Virus record (IMG/VR): IMGVR_UViG_3300014885_000004
Span: 1-49,361 of that record
Source of the DNA: a virus
Lineage: Duplodnaviria > Caudoviricetes
Reading direction: 5' to 3' (one strand)
Length of the DNA: 49,361 nt
Shown: piece by piece, positions 41,979 through 49,361 of the stretch
Layout of the letters: the number at the start of each line of letters is the position of its first letter
Numbering within the stretch: position 1 is the first letter of the stretch
Notes under the pieces: generated by a model
Databases searched by the model: none
The model's input: only the letters and a program-made list of their open reading frames with translations
Told to the model about the DNA's origin: nothing
Made by a program: the position numbers and the translations under genes

Positions 41979-43234
41979 TTACCCTGGCCCCTCTTGCGCC
42001 GGAGGTAATCCTCTGCACTGGAGGCGCCGCTACCCGGCTCAGGCTTCGGCCCCGCCGGTTCCGTGTAGAACCAGGACTTGATGACCTTCCAGAGACTGGG
42101 GCCGCCGATTCCCTCGATCTCCTGCAGAGCCTCCTCCATGGTGGCTGGCCGGCCGTACTTGAGGGACATGAGCTCCATGTACGCGTTGGCCATCATGGCC
42201 TTGTTGACGGGGTCCGTGCCCTTCCCCGCGGATGCAAGGACCTTCAGGAGGGCGAACGCCTGGCCCTCCTTGCGCCAGGAGTCCCCCAGGTTCTCGGGTG
42301 GTGCCCCCGGCACCGGGGCCAGGATGTAATCGATGAACCCGCGGATCTGCGCCGGCTTCGCCCCCGGGAACGTCCCCGCGAGCTGGACGGCCGCCTGGCC
42401 CCGCATCTGCTGCTGGGCCGTTTCCAGGGCGTTCCTCTCCTCGGCCTGACGTTGTGCGATCGTTTCCCGGTGCCGGGTTTCCTGCGACGTGAGCTCGGCC
42501 GCGTGCCGTTCCTTCTCCGCCGCGAGGCGGGTATCCAGGAGCCCCTTCTCGAACCGCTGCTCCCCGGCCTGTTCGGTGGCTCCACGAGCCGCCGTCGTGG
42601 GGAGGGCCATGGCCAGCCTCTGGACGTCCGTCTGGATGGCGCCCTCTTGTCCTTCCACTTCCTCAACCGCCCCGGCGTAGAGCTTCTCCCGGACCGCTTG
42701 GATCCGGGACATCCAGTCCATCGGGGTGTTCACTACCAGGCCCGGTCCGTGGGCTGTGGACATGGCTCCTGTCGCGGACGAGGGCGTTTGCGCTCCCGCG
42801 GGCTGGGCACCACGGATCGAGCCTTCCTTGGTAACGTCCTGTCGTCCCACGGGCTGGCCGGACGGCTTCGGCCCCGGCACCGCCTCCGTAGTCGGGATGA
42901 TGTCCGAGGCGAGCTCGGGGAACAGTAGCATCAGGCTCTTGGCCCGATCCATGGTCCCCGCATCGTCGAGCCTCCCGCCGTTGGAGAGGACCTCGACCAT
43001 TGCCGCCGCCGGCTGGATCCCGGAACGGATCCTGTTCGCGATGGCGTCCATCATCCCACCCGCGTCGAGCACCCGACGGTCCCAGTCCTCCCGTGCCTCG
43101 GGCTGGGCCCCCGCAACGCCGAAGAAGTTGAACACCGCGTTGCGGACCGGGTCCCCCTCCTTCCAGACGGGCGGAGCTCCTGCCCGCTTCCCTTCCTGTC
43201 GTCGCTTGAGTGCAAGTTCGGTAAACTCGCCCAT
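41975..43234 (-). CDS. Internal virion protein (419 aa)
   Basis: Helical, Gln/Ala-rich; position in operon. Confidence 0.6.
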   Translation of the reverse strand: MGEFTELALKRRQEGKRAGAPPVWKEGDPVRNAVFNFFGVAGAQPEAREDWDRRVLDAGGMMDAIANRIRSGIQPAAAMVEVLSNGGRLDDAGTMDRAKSLMLLFPELASDIIPTTEAVPGPKPSGQPVGRQDVTKEGSIRGAQPAGAQTPSSATGAMSTAHGPGLVVNTPMDWMSRIQAVREKLYAGAVEEVEGQEGAIQTDVQRLAMALPTTAARGATEQAGEQRFEKGLLDTRLAAEKERHAAELTSQETRHRETIAQRQAEERNALETAQQQMRGQAAVQLAGTFPGAKPAQIRGFIDYILAPVPGAPPENLGDSWRKEGQAFALLKVLASAGKGTDPVNKAMMANAYMELMSLKYGRPATMEEALQEIEGIGGPSLWKVIKSWFYTEPAGPKPEPGSGASSAEDYLRRKRGQGK

Positions 43235-43243
43235 GGTATCCTC

Positions 43244-43960
43244 CTAGCCGGTTCCCGTGTCCCCGCCGCCGGGGGTGGAAAAGCCGAAGTTCGCGACACC
43301 AGATGCACCCACGGTGGACCCTGCGGTCGACTTCCGGAACTCGAACGGATCCGTGAACCCGAGACCGAGGTAGGTGGGGAGCATCCCCGGCCTCGTCTGG
43401 GAGATGTACTCCCCGTACTGGGCTTCCTCGAGCTGTTGCTGATACGCCTGCATGGGGTCGGCCGCCGCCAGGTAGTTGGGCAGCATTCCCATCGCCTGGA
43501 GCCACCGGTCCCGGAGCGCCTGCTCCTGGCGGACCTCCTCCATCCCAAACGCCTCTTCCAGTTCCCGGAACCGGCCCGTGAGCTCCCGGGAAGACTCGCG
43601 CGCGAGCACGTTCGTGTCGACACCGTATCCGGAGGCGCCGAAGTGCTCCTGCATCTCAGGGAGCAGGTAATCCGAGATGTCCCCCTTGAGCCGAGATCTG
43701 GCTGCCTGGTGCGCCCCCTGGACGTTTACAGGGGTCCTGAACCCGAGCAGGCTCTGGGCAGCTTGCATCTGCACGGCAGAGGGCGGGATCACCATCGACC
43801 CCCTGTACGGGTCGAAGTTGAACCCGGCGAACCCCATCTCCCGAATCCGGCTGCCGGCTGCACCTAGGATATCGGACTCGAACTGGAGGGCCGACGCCGA
43901 GGGGGAGGAGGCGCCCGTAGACCGGGCACTGGATCGTTCACCTGAAACGCCTGCGCTCAT
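43244..43960 (-). CDS. Internal virion / DNA pilot protein (238 aa)
   Basis: Ser/Gly-rich termini, Gln-rich helix; ATGA overlap. Confidence 0.6.
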   Translation of the reverse strand: MSAGVSGERSSARSTGASSPSASALQFESDILGAAGSRIREMGFAGFNFDPYRGSMVIPPSAVQMQAAQSLLGFRTPVNVQGAHQAARSRLKGDISDYLLPEMQEHFGASGYGVDTNVLARESSRELTGRFRELEEAFGMEEVRQEQALRDRWLQAMGMLPNYLAAADPMQAYQQQLEEAQYGEYISQTRPGMLPTYLGLGFTDPFEFRKSTAGSTVGASGVANFGFSTPGGGDTGTG

Positions 43961-44472
43961 GTCAGTAGCTCCTCTGTTGAGATCGCGTATAGAAGCGTGT
44001 CCACCGGGCCGTCCTTGTACCAGCACCCGTGGGGGATCCGTCCAACACGGTACATGCCGATGTCCTCTACAAGGCGCGCGACGCCCAGGAGCCCTATGGG
44101 GATCCGTGCTTCGATGCGGAGCCACTCCGGATGGAGCCCCGCGGCGTATTCGAAGATGCGCCGGCCCACGAGCGCTCGAGCCTGTGCAGGCACCTCCCGG
44201 GCGTCAGCGTGCGGCACCCCAAAGCCGCCGTGGTCTTCGAAGGAGACAAAGCCCAGGAACCGGCCGGCCTCGTCCAGGATCAACATCACGTCTGCCTGGA
44301 GCCGCACCCAACTGGCGGGGGTATACCCGTAGAGCTCGCCCCCGCATACTTCCTCGTAGCGGGCCAGGAGCCCCGGCAGATACTCCCGGAACTCGCCCGG
44401 CTCTAGAAGACGAAGACCGTAGCGGCTACTGACGCCACGTCGCTCCTCAGGTAGATCGTGGAACTCGTCCAT
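43957..44472 (-). CDS. GNAT acetyltransferase-like protein (T7 gp13-like position)
   Basis: RimJ/RimL-like C-terminus RIEARIP...IGMYRVG...VDTLLYAI. Confidence 0.7.
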   Translation of the reverse strand: MDEFHDLPEERRGVSSRYGLRLLEPGEFREYLPGLLARYEEVCGGELYGYTPASWVRLQADVMLILDEAGRFLGFVSFEDHGGFGVPHADAREVPAQARALVGRRIFEYAAGLHPEWLRIEARIPIGLLGVARLVEDIGMYRVGRIPHGCWYKDGPVDTLLYAISTEELLT

Positions 44473-44750
44473 GTCGTACTCCCGTCGTAGATGTGAGCTG
44501 CCTTGTCCCTGCGGACCACGAGGTACCCCACAGGTACCTCGCCGAGGTTATGAGGGATGCCCGTCTCGGTCCCTGGGGACACGGAGCTCGTGAAGGTCAC
44601 CCAGTCCCCGGACATGTTATCCTCGTCGACGCCGTTCCCGAAGCTGACACCACGGTGCAGGATACGCGCCACCTCGCGCACGTGGAGCTCGAGCTCGTCC
44701 CGGAGCGTGTCCACCGTCTTCCCTGAGAATGCGTGCCGCCTAAGTTGCAT
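44403..44750 (-). CDS. Small tail-associated protein
   Basis: IPHNLGEVPVGYLV motif; follows the tail tube gene. Confidence 0.6.
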   Translation of the reverse strand: MQLRRHAFSGKTVDTLRDELELHVREVARILHRGVSFGNGVDEDNMSGDWVTFTSSVSPGTETGIPHNLGEVPVGYLVVRRDKAAHIYDGSTTWTSSTIYLRSDVASVAATVFVF

Positions 44751-46644
44751 CCGCGGATTCCTCCCCCAGCGTCGTCACGTGGGCGGATAGCTCGAGCAGT
44801 TCAAACGTGGACGGGGACCCAAGCGCGGTGACTTCCACTTGCATGCGTTCTCCGACCTGGATGAAGTCGAAGAAGGCGCGGGAGATGGTATCCGGGGTGT
44901 CCCCCTCCAGGGTCACGGATTGCTCTTCGAGGATGGTGCCGAACCCGTCAGCGGAGAGCTTCACAGTGATCACGGTCGGCTTCCGCTGCCGGTAGGTGAT
45001 CACCACGCGGGTGACCAGGGCCTCGTCCCCGACGTTCTCCGTAGGGACCCGAGCGGCCTTGGACCGCACCTGTGGCACGCGCTGGATCCCTCCGAAGGTC
45101 TCCGCGCCCTCGTCCGTGATGAGGGTGGTGCCATCCTGGAGCCCGTAGAGGAGCTTCCGGTCTCGGGCCGCGATGGACACCCCGCCGAGGGTCCAGTTCT
45201 GCTCATCGATCGTGCCCACGAGCTCGTCGATGGTGACCACCTCGGTGTTCGGGGTGATGAACTGGCCCAGGACGGTGGTGGGTCGTCCAAGCTCAATCGG
45301 CCCGTGGAACACGTCCCGGATGTAATCCCAGATGACCACGCGGCTGGGGATCAGCTCCCCGCCGAGAGGGCATAGCCAGGCCACATACCCGTACTGGTCC
45401 ACCACCTCAGCTTGTACCCGCCGCAGATCGTCCCGGGTGAGCTGCTGGAAGAAGAAGTCCCGGATCGCTCGCCCGCCGAGAGGGGTCACCCGGAACAGCT
45501 GGAAGAGGTTGAAATCGTCGTTGCCAATGTACACGTGACCGTGGTCCACGATGGAGGCCACGGAGCGCGGAGCGAAGAGCCCCAGGCGCTCTGCGGTCAC
45601 GATCCGGTCCCATTCCGCGGGCGGGTTCAACTGGTTGCTCCGGGTGCCCAACCAGATATCCCGCTCCTTGTACATGATCAGGTTCTGGTCCAGGGTGCGG
45701 AGACACTGGACCGCCCCCGGGGTCTCGGAGAAGTGACGGAACCCGGACCCGTTACCGGACCAATCCCCGAAGTTGTTCCCCACGCACCAGGCGACGGTCT
45801 GTAGGGTCGGCGTGGTCACGGAGTAGTCCCCGAGGTGCCAGGCCCAGATCCGCTCGGCCCAGGTTTCCAGGCCGCCGGCCGCGGGGATGTCCGTTCCAGG
45901 GGATGACCCCGACGGGGGCACTTGGACCAGGTTCCCAGTAGTGCCGTCCACCCGCTTGAGGGTATCCACGCCCTGGCTCAGGTACAGGTCGTTTCCCGCC
46001 TGGACAAAGGCGTAGTAGTCGCTTGCGGTGCCCCGAAACTTCTTCCGGATGGTGTACGGGCCCGAACCGGCTCCGGGGGAGCTCGCCAAGGTAATCTGCA
46101 GGTCCGAGTCCACGGTAAGGATCGGGACGCCAGGAGGTCCAACCGCGTCTAGGTAGAACATGCCACCGGGGTATACCTTGGTGCCCGTGTCCACCGTCCG
46201 GGAGTTCCACGTCGTGCCGGAGCCGGTCACCACGGGGCCCGCGATTCCGCTCACGGTGCCCTTCGTGTAGACCTCCCACAGATCCTGCCAAGCGTCGGTG
46301 GGGAACCCGACCCACCGTTGGAGGTTCGTCAAGTGCGCCCGGAGGTTGTCGATTACCCCCGTGTTCCGGTAGTGGTTCGTGAGCCCCATGATGCTGGAGG
46401 GGGCCGCAACTCCTTTAGCTACGGACCCGGGCCAGGTGAGCAACGCTCCGTTATACCGGTACACGTTCTTGGCCAGCGCGAGCTGGTTATCCTCCAGCTC
46501 GGCGGGGTTCTTCCTAAGCCACACCCCGCCCTCACCGAGAGCCTTCGCATGTAGGACCAGCTTACGGGCCATCTCCGCGAGCTGGAACATGTCCGCTCGG
46601 GAGGTTGGCAATCGAGGCCGGCGGCGAGGGTGGAGACCGGGCAT
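44740..46644 (-). CDS. Tail tubular/nozzle protein (P22 gp10 / T7 gp12-like)
   Basis: TAATG coupling; propeller-like repeats; GLFAPRSV; size and position. Confidence 0.7.
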   Translation of the reverse strand: MPGLHPRRRPRLPTSRADMFQLAEMARKLVLHAKALGEGGVWLRKNPAELEDNQLALAKNVYRYNGALLTWPGSVAKGVAAPSSIMGLTNHYRNTGVIDNLRAHLTNLQRWVGFPTDAWQDLWEVYTKGTVSGIAGPVVTGSGTTWNSRTVDTGTKVYPGGMFYLDAVGPPGVPILTVDSDLQITLASSPGAGSGPYTIRKKFRGTASDYYAFVQAGNDLYLSQGVDTLKRVDGTTGNLVQVPPSGSSPGTDIPAAGGLETWAERIWAWHLGDYSVTTPTLQTVAWCVGNNFGDWSGNGSGFRHFSETPGAVQCLRTLDQNLIMYKERDIWLGTRSNQLNPPAEWDRIVTAERLGLFAPRSVASIVDHGHVYIGNDDFNLFQLFRVTPLGGRAIRDFFFQQLTRDDLRRVQAEVVDQYGYVAWLCPLGGELIPSRVVIWDYIRDVFHGPIELGRPTTVLGQFITPNTEVVTIDELVGTIDEQNWTLGGVSIAARDRKLLYGLQDGTTLITDEGAETFGGIQRVPQVRSKAARVPTENVGDEALVTRVVITYRQRKPTVITVKLSADGFGTILEEQSVTLEGDTPDTISRAFFDFIQVGERMQVEVTALGSPSTFELLELSAHVTTLGEESADAT

Positions 46645-47639
46645 TAGGCGATTCCCAGGTCCATGAGGAACAGCTGAACATCGACCGCGGTGACGGTGGC
46701 CGTATCGGACGGGGCTCCCACCACCCGGAGGCGATAGGTGGGGTTCACCGTAACTCCGGTGACAATTGCGAAGCACATGCACGCCCGGTAGTCGGTGTTG
46801 GCGATGGATGGGACACGGGCGCGGCTATCAGCTAGCTCGGTAGTTCCGTCGTCGAGGAAGATGTCGATGAAGCTGCTGGCTCCCACTGTGTGGATGAAGC
46901 GGCCTACCTTGGCAAGGAGGATACAACGCGAGGGGGTCCTCCGTCCCGCGACCGCCCAGGTGGTGAAGTTTGCGATGGTCCGAATGGCTCCACCGTCAAG
47001 AATATGGCCAGCGGTGTCTCCAACGGGTTGGTAGGTGAGCCCCGGAGCCGTTCCCACTACCGCCGGGATGGCCCACGGGATGAAGTCGTGACCGTCAACC
47101 GTCAACGTGTTCACGTCCCGGTGGCGGAGCTGATGATTGTGAAAGTCAAGCTCGGTGGCGGCCCCCCCGTCCTTGGTGATCCCGGCGCCTCCGACCAGGT
47201 CCAGGTTCCCGGTATCGATCGTGAGCGCCGAGACCCCCGGCGCTGCCTTCACCCGCTTCACGAGATCGCCCCAGACGGCGCCCGCCCCGTCATCCGCGGA
47301 CACGAGGGCGCGCCCTAGCTCGCTCCCGGACCGGATGCGGATTACACGGCCCGGCTCGTTCCCTCCCGCGACCCCAACCGCGAGCCCTTTCTGGGGAGTG
47401 ACACTATTATGCGGAGGGTAATCCGTCCCGGGGACGTTGCCTGTGGCGAGGCCCAGGATCGCCGAGCCTGCCTTGTGAGCGCCGTCGTCGTTGGCCCCCA
47501 CACTCCACTGGTGTTCCGTGACAAGGCGCTCCCGGAGGTCCCTCGCGTTGCGCGCCCAGGCATCGTCGATAATCCGTGCGTCGTCACCGCCCGCAGGGTC
47601 GTTCTCGACCCAGGACCGGCTGTGAGGTCCGATACTCAT
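46644..47639 (-). CDS. Putative tail fibre/adaptor protein (331 aa)
   Basis: P.G.D...IDD..R.L.ER....H N-terminus; Gly/Thr-rich. Confidence 0.55.
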   Translation of the reverse strand: MSIGPHSRSWVENDPAGGDDARIIDDAWARNARDLRERLVTEHQWSVGANDDGAHKAGSAILGLATGNVPGTDYPPHNSVTPQKGLAVGVAGGNEPGRVIRIRSGSELGRALVSADDGAGAVWGDLVKRVKAAPGVSALTIDTGNLDLVGGAGITKDGGAATELDFHNHQLRHRDVNTLTVDGHDFIPWAIPAVVGTAPGLTYQPVGDTAGHILDGGAIRTIANFTTWAVAGRRTPSRCILLAKVGRFIHTVGASSFIDIFLDDGTTELADSRARVPSIANTDYRACMCFAIVTGVTVNPTYRLRVVGAPSDTATVTAVDVQLFLMDLGIA

Positions 47640-48319
47640 TGGGTGTAACCCTCCATGTCCACGATCATCGTATCACCCTGGTCGTCCTTATCCCCCTCGT
47701 CCGGACTGACGATGGTCTCCATCCAATCCGCGAGCTGGTTCTTCACGAGGAGCCCCCGCTTCGGGTCCTGGAGGACATTGAACCAGCACCGGTACTCGGC
47801 GCCGAGCAGGACGCCCTCGTCATACTCGTCGTCCAGGGGACAGGAGCCCTGGAGGAGCACGGGTGGACCCCCACCGAAGGTGAACGTGGGCTTCGCGTAC
47901 CCGTGAATGTTGATGGTGAAGATTCCATTGGGCCTGGGATCGAACTCGAGCTGGCGCCCCCACCGCGAGTAGTAGCGCGGCTGGCCGGGAGACGAGGTCA
48001 CCATGTCCTGGGCGCCGCGCCCGGACACCCATATCTTCCGGTTGTTGGTCACGTCCCTCATCGAGTAGATCGTCCACAGAGCGATCGGGGTCGTGTACCT
48101 CCCTGCCTGCTCGTCGGCCGAGGCTCCCGCCGCCTGCCCGTTGGCGGTGGTGAGCGAGAACCGGGTCTCCAGGATCTGATGCTTGTGAACGACCGGAGAG
48201 CTCAACTGGACGATCGCGTGTCGAAGAGGTCCGTCCAGGCGCGAGTCGGGAAGGGTGGTCCCCCGGTTCCCGAGTCGGGCCCGGAGCTCGGCACGTAGGT
48301 TGACGTAGCTATCGCCCAC
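47636..48319 (-). CDS. Head-tail adaptor / tail tubular protein A-like
   Basis: GQPRYY...LEFDPRPN and YDEGVLLGA motifs. Confidence 0.65.
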   Translation of the reverse strand: MGDSYVNLRAELRARLGNRGTTLPDSRLDGPLRHAIVQLSSPVVHKHQILETRFSLTTANGQAAGASADEQAGRYTTPIALWTIYSMRDVTNNRKIWVSGRGAQDMVTSSPGQPRYYSRWGRQLEFDPRPNGIFTINIHGYAKPTFTFGGGPPVLLQGSCPLDDEYDEGVLLGAEYRCWFNVLQDPKRGLLVKNQLADWMETIVSPDEGDKDDQGDTMIVDMEGYTQ

Positions 48320-49361
48320 GGGACTTCCTCTCCTCTTCGATGTCCCCTGCCGCAGCCCCTGCCCCTGCTAGGAACGGGAACATGAACTTGATATCCCAGT
48401 CCGGGATGTGTCGCCCGAGGCGGTTCAGGTAGTTCCGTTCCTTCTTCGTGGAGAGCTCGGGATACAGGAGCCTGGTACGCATCACGTCGGCGAAGATCTC
48501 CTCGTTGGAGAGGGCGTACTTGACATAGTCCTGGTGGATGTCCTTGACCTGCCTAAGTGTAAGGGGCTCCTCAAACATCGGGTGCATAAACTGCTCGTTT
48601 GGGGGAAACCCCTGCGCTTCGGCGTCCTTGATCACGTCTTCCAGTTCCCGGATGCTGTTCATGCTACTCTTGTAGGTCCGCACCCGATTCATGAGCATGG
48701 TCTGATACAGATCAGGCTTTACCGGTTCCCAGACAAGGGCGTTTGGGTTTTCGTACCCAAGCTTGCCCTTGGCCGCCTTCCGGGCGAACGCATGCCCAAA
48801 CTCGTGTGCGGCGGTCGCCTCCTGAGCGATGATGGGCATCTTCCGCATCGTCACCTGGCCTTCCTCACTAAATCCTCGTCGTTCGGCGCCTATTTCACTT
48901 CGGGGCAGGATATCCGCCCAGTGGACGGGAACCCCTAGACGCCCGTAGAGGTAGCCCTGGTTGGTCATCCCGTACGACCAGTCCTCGGGGCGGCCTTGGG
49001 TTCCCCCCGGGAGTTGTTCCCTCATCCACTGCCGGTCACCCGTCAACCGCTCGTGTTCACCGCGTTCGTAGCCCAGGTCGAAGGATTCACGGGACATCTG
49101 CCCTGGCGATCCGGGGGTGATAACGTGACTTGCCTTTTCCAGGGCTTTACGTCCTAGGATGTTGACAATCTCCTCCGTAGGTGGCAACGGCTGCCGGGTG
49201 GTCTTCCGGGGAGGGACCGGCCCGGAGATCCGCCCCCGCATAGCCTGCGGCGCACCGCGGCCCCTGCCCCCTCCCGGGAAGGCGGACTCCAAGAGGCTCC
49301 AGATACCAAGTACCGTCTCGGACCAGTGGGGTACCCGCCGCCGGGGCCTAGCCGTGCTCTC
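48309..49361 (-). CDS. Zincin-like HExxH protein (~407 aa, starts at 294 across the origin)
   Basis: AAHEFGHA plus downstream EEIFAD. Confidence 0.7.
   Translation of the reverse strand, partial: ESTARPRRRVPHWSETVLGIWSLLESAFPGGGRGRGAPQAMRGRISGPVPPRKTTRQPLPPTEEIVNILGRKALEKASHVITPGSPGQMSRESFDLGYERGEHERLTGDRQWMREQLPGGTQGRPEDWSYGMTNQGYLYGRLGVPVHWADILPRSEIGAERRGFSEEGQVTMRKMPIIAQEATAAHEFGHAFARKAAKGKLGYENPNALVWEPVKPDLYQTMLMNRVRTYKSSMNSIRELEDVIKDAEAQGFPPNEQFMHPMFEEPLTLRQVKDIHQDYVKYALSNEEIFADVMRTRLLYPELSTKKERNYLNRLGRHIPDWDIKFMFPFLAGAGAAAGDIEEERKSRGR
49239..49361. repeat. Terminal direct repeat (copy of 1-123)
   Basis: Exact match. Confidence 0.95.

Overview
This window is an apparently complete ~49.2 kb high-GC bacteriophage genome. 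Bases 1-123 equal 49239-49361, and one gene reads through that junction, so the assembly is circular. The minus-strand arm (14281 to 1, then 49238 to 38172) is a podovirus-type morphogenesis operon: TerS, TerL, portal, scaffold, major capsid, head-tail/tail-tube proteins and large internal virion proteins. A lysis and secreted-protein cassette sits in the middle of that operon. The plus-strand arm (14583-38175) has many small early genes behind sigma70-like promoters, then an ATP-dependent DNA ligase, a Cas4-like exonuclease, a Sak4-like ATPase, an SSB, GroES and a class II RNR. It also carries a complete preQ0 (7-deazaguanine) pathway (queC, queE, folE, queD), a TGT/DpdA-like TIM barrel, a UDG-fused family A polymerase and a DUF3987-like ATPase. 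I saw no integrase, tRNA or CRISPR array. Most notable: (1) a deazaguanine cluster interleaved with RNR, a putative NTP pyrophosphohydrolase and a motif-altered polymerase; (2) an exact 51-bp copy of the terL nuclease-site sequence placed antisense in an early gene; (3) four paralogous RHH-like proteins and a 22-bp motif repeated four times; (4) a long inverted-repeat origin-like locus; (5) a G-U-rich structured RNA; (6) a degenerate secreted subtilase. All calls come from motif reading by eye; no database searches were run.
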